Source: Nanobdellati archaeon (lineage in GTDB: Archaea; B1Sed10-29; JAGVWA01). Taken from it: a DNA stretch of 43,998 nucleotides. The stretch covers positions 1 through 43,998 of the forward strand of contig JAGVWA010000006.1 of NCBI GenBank assembly GCA_018304505.1, read 5' to 3'. Made by a program: the position numbers and the translations under genes. The stretch's first letter is position 1, and each line of letters opens with the position of its first letter. The notes under the pieces were generated by a model, which did no database searches, had not been told where the DNA came from, and saw only the letters and a list, made by a program, of their open reading frames with translations. Below, in pieces: positions 20,193-28,006 of this stretch.

Positions 20193-21503
20193 ATGAAAGC
20201 AGTATTCATGGATGTCGACACTAAAGAAACAATTGTCCCTATCAACAAGGACTTTGCCAATGGATTCGGTATTCGTCCGAGGATTGGGAATTCATTATTG
20301 GCAAGGTTTCTAGAGCACATGCGAGGTAAGGAAAAGGTGCCGTTGTTCTCATTTGCTCAAGGTGCGGCAATGCTGCATGCAAATGGTTTTGAGGTTTCTT
20401 ATTCCTTAAATGAAATTCCAGGCGAAGCTGACTTGGTGATGTTCGCGCCTGCAATGGCAAATCATAAATCTGAAATAAAGAAGATGCATGAAGTCAAAGA
20501 AAGAGTGCCTGGCGTAAAAGTAGGGGTAATGGGTACGTTCGCAACCGTTAGGCCAGATGTGTTTGTAGAACACGCTGATTTTGTTATAGCCGGAGAGCCC
20601 GAAGAGGCATTACAAAAAATCAAGGGCAAAGACTCAATTCCACAAGGTATTGTAAAAAGCGAGTCACTTATGGATCTTGATGCATTGCCATTCCCAAAAT
20701 GGGACATCTTTGACTACAAGAAATTTACCTTCAAGCCGATCATTAGGGAAACGCCATTCGGATTCATATTATCGCAAAGAACATGCCCGTATGGATGTTA
20801 CTATTGCCCTTATCGATTTGGTGGAAAATACAGACAAAAGAGTCCGGAGAGAACTGTAGAAGAAGTCGAACATCTTGTAAATAGGTATGGTGTTAAAGGA
20901 ATCATGTTTCGGGATCCGATTTTCAGCATGAGCAGAGAGCGGGCGGAGAAAATCGCCAAGCTCTTAATAGAAAAAAATCTGGGAATAAAGTTTGTCATTG
21001 AAACGCGACTAGATAGGCTCGACAAGGAGCTTGTAGATCTACTCTATGAAGCAGGGGTTAGGGTAATAAAGATTGGCGTAGAATCAGCAGACAAAAAAAT
21101 GCTCGTAAGGTCGAGAAGATTGCCAATAGAAATCCAGCATCAAGAAGACATGATTGGCTATTGTGATAAAAAGGGCATAAAGATAGTTGCTTTTTACATA
21201 ATTGGCCTGCCTGATGATACCAAAGACAATGTCCTGAACACAATTGAGTACGCGAAAAGGATCAACACCCACGGTGCACAATTCACTGTATGTACCCCTT
21301 ACCCAGGAACCCCTTATTTTGAAGAGGTAAAAGACTTGATTGACGACCATAATCTCGAGCACTACGATTCATTTACCCCTGTATTCAACCATCCGAATTT
21401 AACCAAAGACGAGATATATTCCCTTAAAGAAAAAGCTTATTTGAGCTATTACATTAGGCCAAAGTACGTTTTATCATACATACGGCGGAGTTTAAAGGCG
21501 TGA
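20193..21503 (+). CDS. Cobalamin-binding radical SAM protein (class B methylase-like)
   Basis: N-terminal B12-binding-like domain (G.FAT..P, DFVI.GE.E), CPYGCYYC, GVES, TPYPGT. Confidence 0.9.
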   Translation: MKAVFMDVDTKETIVPINKDFANGFGIRPRIGNSLLARFLEHMRGKEKVPLFSFAQGAAMLHANGFEVSYSLNEIPGEADLVMFAPAMANHKSEIKKMHEVKERVPGVKVGVMGTFATVRPDVFVEHADFVIAGEPEEALQKIKGKDSIPQGIVKSESLMDLDALPFPKWDIFDYKKFTFKPIIRETPFGFILSQRTCPYGCYYCPYRFGGKYRQKSPERTVEEVEHLVNRYGVKGIMFRDPIFSMSRERAEKIAKLLIEKNLGIKFVIETRLDRLDKELVDLLYEAGVRVIKIGVESADKKMLVRSRRLPIEIQHQEDMIGYCDKKGIKIVAFYIIGLPDDTKDNVLNTIEYAKRINTHGAQFTVCTPYPGTPYFEEVKDLIDDHNLEHYDSFTPVFNHPNLTKDEIYSLKEKAYLSYYIRPKYVLSYIRRSLKA

Positions 21504-22381
21504 AGATTCTCATTACCGGCGCAACAGGTTTTATTGGGCAAAACCTAGTTATGGCCCTTGCAAAAAAAAGCAAACACAATATAAGCGTACTGGTGAGGAA
21601 AACGGGAGCGTTTCCTGATAATGTACAAGTTATTCTCGGTAACCTCGTAGATTCTGAATCTTTAATGAAAGCTACAAAAAACATTGATGTTATCGTACAT
21701 TTAGCAGCATATGTAAACATAAAAAACAGAAGGCATTCAGAGCAAACAAATATTATTGGGCTAGAAAACATGCTTAAAGCAGCAAAACAAAATAAGGTTC
21801 GCCATTTTATCTTCTTCAGCACGGCTGTCATAACTTCGGAAATTCCGGGGGTATATACGCAACACAAGAAAATCGGTGAGGACTTAGTTAGGAGGAACAG
21901 CTTGCCTTATACAATAATTAGGCCATCATTGGTTTATGGGCAATATGACAACAAGAACTTTGGACGTATGATAGCCTTAATCAAGAGGCATCCGATAGTG
22001 CCTATTGTCGGCTCGGGGAAAGCGAAAACTCAGCCTGTGTTAGTAGATGACTTGGTAGATGTCACCATTAAGGCAATCGAAAAGAAACCGCAGAATAAAG
22101 TGTATTTCATTGCTGGGCCGGAATCAATTACAGTGAATGAAATGATAAAATTAGTGGCGAATCAGCTCGGTGTTACACGCCATATCATTCATATTCCAAT
22201 TCCGATTGCGTTAGGTGGCCTGAAGTTTTATCTATTTTTTTCTAGGTATCCAAAAATAATCAAAGAACAAATTGTTAGAATGAATGAAGATAAGGTCTAT
22301 GATATAACAGCTGCTCAGAACGACTTTGGGTTTAAGCCAAAAAACTTCGCGTCAGGAATTAGGTTTCTCAAGCGAAGTTAA
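21500..22381 (+). CDS. NAD-dependent epimerase/dehydratase (atypical SDR)
   Basis: ILITGATGFIG, HLAA, YxxxK (YTQHK), IRPSLVYG. The GTG start overlaps the upstream stop. Confidence 0.88.
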   Translation: MKILITGATGFIGQNLVMALAKKSKHNISVLVRKTGAFPDNVQVILGNLVDSESLMKATKNIDVIVHLAAYVNIKNRRHSEQTNIIGLENMLKAAKQNKVRHFIFFSTAVITSEIPGVYTQHKKIGEDLVRRNSLPYTIIRPSLVYGQYDNKNFGRMIALIKRHPIVPIVGSGKAKTQPVLVDDLVDVTIKAIEKKPQNKVYFIAGPESITVNEMIKLVANQLGVTRHIIHIPIPIALGGLKFYLFFSRYPKIIKEQIVRMNEDKVYDITAAQNDFGFKPKNFASGIRFLKRS

Positions 22382-22389
22382 AGTAAAAA

Positions 22390-22956
22390 CTAGATAACAA
22401 ACAGCAATGCAGACACCGTTATCGGCACCAACAAATTGTCGTCCAGCACCGCGAACAGCTCAATAAGTGCAGCGGCAAAGCAAGTGATAAATGCGACTAT
22501 TGGGGTTATAATAAAACTCACCGCTATAAAGCTACCGAAAAAACCCGCAAGGAACCCTTCAAGCGTCTTCTTTCCATGTATCTTGTGTTTCCCGTAAATC
22601 TTTCCAAATATTGTCGAGAAAGAATCGCCTATAGCCAGAATAATCATTGCAATGAACACCGCATCTTTTGGAAAAAACAGCAACGATACCAGCGCGCCCG
22701 TGATAAATGTGATGGCCCCAGTGCCCGGCCACACGCGCTTTCGCTCGAAATTCTTGAGTAACCACGATACTACCGGAATGCGCTTGTTGAACTTGGCCTC
22801 GCGCGAAACCAAAATAGCTATTATCAACATTCCACTGAGCAAGTTTATCAGCTCGGTTCTGTCAAAAATAAAAATCAGATAAGCAATGAACAGGCCAAAA
22901 ACTAAGTGAAACACGTTACGCTTAATTTCAAAACCAATTACTCGCTGTGTCGCCAT
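22390..22956 (-). CDS. Dolichol/phytol kinase-like protein (SEC59 / cytidylyltransferase family)
   Basis: E..R..FH, GD..S..FG..YG, KKTLEG, DDNL motifs; multi-TM. Confidence 0.85.
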   Translation of the reverse strand: MATQRVIGFEIKRNVFHLVFGLFIAYLIFIFDRTELINLLSGMLIIAILVSREAKFNKRIPVVSWLLKNFERKRVWPGTGAITFITGALVSLLFFPKDAVFIAMIILAIGDSFSTIFGKIYGKHKIHGKKTLEGFLAGFFGSFIAVSFIITPIVAFITCFAAALIELFAVLDDNLLVPITVSALLFVI

Positions 22957-23038
22957 GCATTATAATATAAGTTGGGGGTATAAATATCATGAGTATCACA
23001 AGCTTTTTATTCTCAATCCAGCAGAACCATAATTAGTT

Positions 23039-23146
23039 GGGCCCGTGGCTTAGCCTGGCAGAGCGCCGGTCTTATATGACACGTTCTGGTATATCCAGTT
23101 GTCTTGAGACAACCGGAGGTCCTTGGTTCGAATCCGAGCGGGCCCA
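23039..23146 (+). tRNA. tRNA-Ile(UAU) with a 34-nt canonical 37/38 intron (23077-23110)
   Basis: Acceptor stem GGGCCCG/CGGGCCC+A, D arm GCTT/GAGC, anticodon stem CCGGT/ACCGG with CT-TAT-A (TAT at 23073-23075), variable loop AGGTC, T arm CTTGG-TTCGAAT-CCGAG. The intron forms a BHB-like motif (CTTA/TGAG). TATA-like TTTTTAT about 30 nt upstream. Confidence 0.93.
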
Positions 23147-23148
23147 CT

Positions 23149-23375
23149 AGAGGGGGTTTCACATGCAACGAAGCATAGCTTCGTTGATGATTTGAAAAAC
23201 AGTGTTTTTCAAATCCCCTTCGATCCCTGACGCACTGCACTTGCCGGTGGCGAGGCAGAGCAGTTCTTTGATTTTGAAAAGAGGGGCTTGGGCTCATTCT
23301 ATCCCTGAAGTGGGGGCTTCGCCCCCACTACCCCTGACGTGCGCCTTCGGCAGCATTTATCATGATGCGAAGCTG
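23149..23375. repeat. Array of GC-rich inverted-repeat hairpins with 3-nt loops
   Basis: CAACGAAGC-ATA-GCTTCGTTG (23166-23186), GATTTGAAAAAC-AGT-GTTTTTCAAATC (23189-23215), CTTGCC-GGT-GGCGAG (23240-23254), AGTGGGGGC-TTC-GCCCCCACT (23309-23329), GCC-TTC-GGC (23343-23351), GC-GAA-GC (23367-23373). Confidence 0.75.
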
Positions 23376-23414
23376 AGCAGTACCTTTTTATGTATGGTTT
23401 TCTTTCAGCAACTG

Positions 23415-24314
23415 ATGAGCAATTTTCTCTCAGTCACAGACCGGACAAAGCAGGAATTCAACGCAATAATTGATAACGCAATCGAGCTGAAGAAAAGTTA
23501 TGCAAAGCACCGCGATGTGTTCAAAGGCAAAACTCTATTGATGTACTTTGAAAAGCCCAGCACGCGCACCCGCCTCAGCTTCGAGTCCGGCTTCGCGAAG
23601 CTTGGCGGCCACCCGATTTTCTTCACAGGCGGGCACATCAGCTCTGGAAAAGAAGACTTGCGAGACACGGCAGAGATGTACAGCAGGTTCACGGACCTCG
23701 TGGTGGCGCGTGTGTATTCCCATGAGGCCCTGGTCGAGCTTGCAAGGCATTCCAAAATACCGATTATCAATGGCCTTAGCGACCTTGAGCATCCGTGCCA
23801 GGCGTTGGCGGATTTAATGACGGTAAAAGAGCACAGGGGTTTTGAAAACACAACGCTGGCATACATCGGAGATGGAAACAACGTTGCCAATTCACTGGCG
23901 CTCGCGTGCGCGTATACTGGCGTTAAGTTCAAAATCGCGACCCCTAAAGGGTACGAGATGAGCAAAGACATCGCAGCCAAGGCAAAAGCGCTTGGCGGCA
24001 ACATTGAAGCCTTCAACGATGCTAAGCAAGCGGTCCAGGGTGCCGATTTTGTGTACACTGACGTCTGGGTTTCAATGGGTGATGAGAAGGAGGAGCGGCA
24101 GAGGTTGAGTGCATTTAAAGATTATCAGGTCAATGGCGAGCTGATGAAAATCGCTAGCCTTGGAGCGAAGTTCATGCATTGCTTGCCAGCAATAAAGGGA
24201 AAAGAAGTCACTGCAGAAGTGTTTTCATCGCCGCAGTCGATCGTTTACGATCAGGCTGAGAACAGGATGCATGCGCAGAATGCACTGATGATGCACCTGC
24301 TTGAAAAGCATTAG
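23415..24314 (+). CDS. argF: Ornithine carbamoyltransferase
   Basis: FEKPSTRTRLSF, INGLS..HPCQALAD, GDGNNV, YTDVWVSMG, FMHCLP, QAENR. True start is ATG 23415, with TATA-like TTTTTATG about 25 nt upstream. Confidence 0.95.
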   Translation: MSNFLSVTDRTKQEFNAIIDNAIELKKSYAKHRDVFKGKTLLMYFEKPSTRTRLSFESGFAKLGGHPIFFTGGHISSGKEDLRDTAEMYSRFTDLVVARVYSHEALVELARHSKIPIINGLSDLEHPCQALADLMTVKEHRGFENTTLAYIGDGNNVANSLALACAYTGVKFKIATPKGYEMSKDIAAKAKALGGNIEAFNDAKQAVQGADFVYTDVWVSMGDEKEERQRLSAFKDYQVNGELMKIASLGAKFMHCLPAIKGKEVTAEVFSSPQSIVYDQAENRMHAQNALMMHLLEKH

Positions 24315-24325
24315 AAGCAGACAAC

Positions 24326-24964
24326 TCATTGCCAGTAAACATTTTCGTGGCCACTTACTTTTTTATCAAGATTTACAAGAAACTTTTCATCAGCAAGTTC
24401 TAGTAGGGGTAAGTCCCGCAGCTCGTCAGAAAATGCCATAGCAACATCTCCGAATCTCTGTTTGACCATGTCTGCCTTTGCCTGGTTCTCGCAATTCTCT
24501 CCGTCAATTATGTTTGTTATTTTCCCATCAATTACCCCGATTTTTGTGCATATTAGCTCATCTGCGCCAGTTTTTTTGTAAATCGGCAGCATGTAGTAAT
24601 CGAGCGATGCGGTCGCAATAACGACTTTGTAGCCTTGCCGCTTTAGTTTTTTTATTTCGGTTAGCGCATCCTTCATCAGGTTTTTCTCATGCAGCTTCCA
24701 GAATTCTTCAACATATGTTTGTAGTGTTTTTATTGGGATGTTCCTGATCGCTAACAATATTTGTTGTTTTGCTGTTGCTGCAGGTATGAGGTTTAGTTTG
24801 TACAAGAGATAAACGATTGCGTGGTATGGCCCCCACAGTATTTTTGCAGGATACTTATTTAGAGTGAATAAATAAAAGTCTATCAGCGCGTCGCCTTTGT
24901 AGATAGTTCCGTCGAAATCGAAAACAGCAACCTTAGTTTTTGGGGTTTTGTTCATAAGAATCAC
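24326..24964 (-). CDS. HAD-IB family phosphatase (SerB-like)
   Basis: VFDFDGT, ATAS, K, and SDELRDLPLL motifs. Confidence 0.88.
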   Translation of the reverse strand: MILMNKTPKTKVAVFDFDGTIYKGDALIDFYLFTLNKYPAKILWGPYHAIVYLLYKLNLIPAATAKQQILLAIRNIPIKTLQTYVEEFWKLHEKNLMKDALTEIKKLKRQGYKVVIATASLDYYMLPIYKKTGADELICTKIGVIDGKITNIIDGENCENQAKADMVKQRFGDVAMAFSDELRDLPLLELADEKFLVNLDKKVSGHENVYWQ

Positions 24965-25626
24965 TTAACTTTCTTGGCGAGGATCAGCACGTGGTCCTTC
25001 TCATGGGGTGCTAGGTTGACAACTTCTTCAATGATTAAGCCAGCTTTTTTTAATGTCTCTATTTCTTGTTTGAAAATCTCCTCAGGTTTTTTAGCAACGT
25101 CGATGCTGCGCGCTTTTACAGCCATCAGCGCGTAACCATTTTTCTTGAGGTGCATGTTTGCGTTTTTAATGAGGATTTCTGCCTGGTTTTTCTGCGCCAC
25201 GTCCTGATAGACAACGTCTACCTTTTCCTCGATGAACTCTGAATAATCATCGGGATTGTTTGCATCTGCAAGAAGGGGTATGATGTTTTCCCTCTCTTCG
25301 GCCACATGCAGGAGTTTTTCGAATGGCTTTGTCGCGACATCGATGCAGATTAGAAGGCCGCTTGTGGTAATTATGTCTGATATGTGGCTGGCTGTGGTGC
25401 CCTGCGCTGCCCCGAGATATAGCACGTTGGATCCTGGTTTGATCGGCATGTGTTTGAGGCCGTTGTGAATCGCGGCGCACAGCTTCGATTTTTCAGGATT
25501 CCAGATCCTGAATTCGCGTGAGTTTTGCTTAATGATTTTCTCATCGTAAACTCTTACACCTGGAGCGATGCTCTGCGTAGCAAATTGATTCTTTATCTTG
25601 TAAACGTTCGGGAATATTTCTCTCAT
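24961..25626 (-). CDS. flpA: Fibrillarin-like rRNA/tRNA 2'-O-methyltransferase
   Basis: R.WNP.KSKL.AAI, VLYLGAA.GTT.SH.SD, YQDVAQ..Q, KARSID. Confidence 0.96.
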   Translation of the reverse strand: MREIFPNVYKIKNQFATQSIAPGVRVYDEKIIKQNSREFRIWNPEKSKLCAAIHNGLKHMPIKPGSNVLYLGAAQGTTASHISDIITTSGLLICIDVATKPFEKLLHVAEERENIIPLLADANNPDDYSEFIEEKVDVVYQDVAQKNQAEILIKNANMHLKKNGYALMAVKARSIDVAKKPEEIFKQEIETLKKAGLIIEEVVNLAPHEKDHVLILAKKVK

Positions 25627-26348
25627 TTACTCGGCCGGATAATGGTTTTTATAATTGACAGGATGATGATGAAAAACAGCAGGCTGATCGCTAATTCGTT
25701 GGCGGGGATGGCGCTCCTTTCCTGTTTTTCTTGGATGACGATGCCTGTTTTCAAGGCCGCGTCGAGTTCTTCTCGGTCGTTGCAGTACATCAAAACGTGC
25801 CCCCCGCGCACGGTTAGTGCGAGCCGTTGAACTATGGTGTTGTTTTGTAATTCTGTTGTTAGGTTGAATTCCATGGTGTCTTTTTGTCGGGAAATGTTTT
25901 CAGCGTATTTTGTGATGCCATAATTTCCGGGAATGAGGGTTGTGACAATGAATTCTTGATTTATGGGCGGCAAGAACAGGATTTCTTTTTTCGCGCAGAT
26001 AGTGTCAATGAAGCCCCGGCCGCCTAATTTGTATTCCCCGTTTCCGAGATTTGTTATGTAGTTGTTGTATTCCCCATAGAGCGTTACTTCAACAGTTTCG
26101 TTGCTGGTGTTTGATTTCCATTCGAGTATTGAGATGTCCTGGTATTTGTTCTGTAAAAACTCATAGGTGTTGTTGATGTTGAAGTTTTTGTTCATCGCCA
26201 TAGCGTGATTTCCATAGTAATATTCAGTCAGGGCGATCTGGTCTGTAAGGTTTTCCAGTATATTGTGGGTTGATGTTATTAACAGATCAGATTGTGCCGC
26301 AGTCGCTATTCCGAAGAGCAGAACAAAAACTATCAGGGTTTTGATCAT
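25623..26348 (-). CDS. Hypothetical exported protein with C-terminal TM anchor
   Basis: N-terminal signal peptide, several N-x-S/T sequons, C-terminal hydrophobic helix with a basic tail. 4-nt start/stop overlaps with both neighbours. Confidence 0.7.
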   Translation of the reverse strand: MIKTLIVFVLLFGIATAAQSDLLITSTHNILENLTDQIALTEYYYGNHAMAMNKNFNINNTYEFLQNKYQDISILEWKSNTSNETVEVTLYGEYNNYITNLGNGEYKLGGRGFIDTICAKKEILFLPPINQEFIVTTLIPGNYGITKYAENISRQKDTMEFNLTTELQNNTIVQRLALTVRGGHVLMYCNDREELDAALKTGIVIQEKQERSAIPANELAISLLFFIIILSIIKTIIRPSK

Positions 26349-27217
26349 TTTATCAGTTCTTTTATCTCGTTTTCAAGTTCCTTTGAGAGTTTGTCTGCGT
26401 AGAAAGCCCCCTTGAAGTAATCAACCTTTGCTGCTATACTGATTTTTGACGAGAGCTTTCGCGCGATTTTTCCGCGCACGTTCTTGTTTGCGCCCCTGAG
26501 TTTCGGAAATCCAAAGATGACGCCGTGCTTCGGGCTCGGCGTGCCCTGTCGAATGTGCGCAAATAGAGCCTTTTCTGCACCTAGCACCTGGATCGTGGAA
26601 CTCGGGAATTCTGAAAGTTTCTCTAGGCTTCCCGCTATTGAAATTAGCCTGGCTGCTATCGGAGCGCCTATTAGGTGCGTGATGTTTGGTGCTTCTTCTT
26701 TCATTACCGTTTCTAGATATTCGAGGGTGCGCGTTCTTTGTTCTCTTAGTGAAATAATAGATTCAGCATACATGACAATTTGGTCCAAGTCTGTGTCTTT
26801 AAGTGTGCCGCCCATTGTCTCTCTGCAGGCTTTTTCAATCTTGTCTGCATACCCTTTGTTTCCCACTACCTGCTCAATCTTTTCTTTAGTAAAATTCGCC
26901 TTCGATTTTAGTTTCGTTATTAGTACAAGGTACTCGTCTGCGTCTTCTACATGCCGGGATAGTTCTGGAAAGTAGTTTGCATACCACTCTCGTAGTTGTT
27001 CGGTTAGCAAATTAGAAGTCTTGTCTATCAAGTCTATTGATTTGACTGTCTGCACGATGGTCTTGTCGCGCTGCTCGAGCTTTTTTTGTATGCGCTCTTT
27101 TGTTTTTTTGAATGCTCGTTCTCTAAGCGAGTCTACTGATTTTTGCCTTGCCGGCTTGCCAGCCGAGAAGGGCTGCCTTTTATAGGTTTCCCTGTTCTTC
27201 CTAGGTTTTCCTTTCAT
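26345..27217 (-). CDS. nop5: Nop5 (Nop56/58 homolog), box C/D sRNP core protein
   Basis: LREWY..YFPEL, APN...G..IAARL, P.STIQVLGAEKALF, SPKHGVIF, RGKIAR. GGTGA SD upstream. Confidence 0.95.
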   Translation of the reverse strand: MKGKPRKNRETYKRQPFSAGKPARQKSVDSLRERAFKKTKERIQKKLEQRDKTIVQTVKSIDLIDKTSNLLTEQLREWYANYFPELSRHVEDADEYLVLITKLKSKANFTKEKIEQVVGNKGYADKIEKACRETMGGTLKDTDLDQIVMYAESIISLREQRTRTLEYLETVMKEEAPNITHLIGAPIAARLISIAGSLEKLSEFPSSTIQVLGAEKALFAHIRQGTPSPKHGVIFGFPKLRGANKNVRGKIARKLSSKISIAAKVDYFKGAFYADKLSKELENEIKELIK

Positions 27218-27355
27218 TGTGTTTTCACCGTCCCTTGTTTGCTTGCTAGGATTTATGGTGAGTTTTTGGTATTTAAAGATGCCTTTATAAGGCCATAAAA
27301 TAAGGGTGCAGGATCACCTGGGCGCGATTTGAATTTACGGGTGTAGTTTAGTTTT

Positions 27356-27577
27356 TTATATGCTTTGGATCTGCTTTTGTGCTTCAACTGATGCCACGTG
27401 CAGCTCTCGCTGTCCCCGTGTCAGGTGGTCAAGCCCTTTTGTTGGGTACCTTCGTTGTCCAAGTCCTATGTCGAACCAGTTAGCATGATCTCGTTTTTTG
27501 TCTGGTACCACTTGGCACGGCCATCTCTTCTCATGGGCATACAGTTCTGCATCGTAAAAACCGGTATTGGTCCACAT
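27356..27577 (-). CDS. Small hypothetical protein (73 aa)
   Basis: GGTGG SD-like sequence and TTTTTATA upstream on the minus strand. No recognisable domain. Confidence 0.45.
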   Translation of the reverse strand: MWTNTGFYDAELYAHEKRWPCQVVPDKKRDHANWFDIGLGQRRYPTKGLDHLTRGQRELHVASVEAQKQIQSI

Positions 27578-27711
27578 ATTGCCACCAAGTAGTAGTGTCT
27601 TTTTGTTGGCTTTGGTATAAAAATGTTTTGATTCGGAAAACTAAAGAAAGAGAAAATAAAATAAAAAATAAACCAAAAAGAAAATAAAAAATAGGAAGGC
27701 CAAGGGGCCTT

Positions 27712-28002
27712 CTAGAAGACGTCTACTTCTTCAAAACCGGACCCTGCTTCTAAGGTCTGTTCCAGCTCTGTTGCGCTTTCAATGTCTTCTGGGGTTTCTG
27801 TTGAGTACTCTGGCTGTGCAGGTTGTTGCGGTGCTTCAATTGTTGGTGCCTCAACTGTTGCTGCTTCGTCTCCAATTGCAGGTGGCACTTCTCCCATAAC
27901 GCCCCCTGCAGTGACGTCCTGCGCTTGCTGCTGTGGTGTAATGCATGCTGCAAATAGGACCATTGCCAGCAGTATCGTTGATGCAATCAATTTTTGTTTC
28001 AT
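27712..28002 (-). CDS. Acidic low-complexity lipoprotein
   Basis: Signal peptide ending in a lipobox (LFAAC), then an E/Q/P/T-rich body. GAGGAG SD at the end of the upstream gene. Confidence 0.75.
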   Translation of the reverse strand: MKQKLIASTILLAMVLFAACITPQQQAQDVTAGGVMGEVPPAIGDEAATVEAPTIEAPQQPAQPEYSTETPEDIESATELEQTLEAGSGFEEVDVF

Positions 28003-28006
28003 GAAC

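Noticed and set aside
23202-23414. 71-aa N-terminal extension of argF in the ORF track
   Set aside because: It runs through the hairpin array. OTC homology begins at MSNFLS (ATG 23415), which has its own TATA-like box.
27338-27352. CGGGTGTAGTTTAGT resembling a tRNA 5' end (split tRNA half or att site)
   Set aside because: Only ~15 nt. No complete D arm, anticodon arm or complementary leader, so chance similarity is likely.
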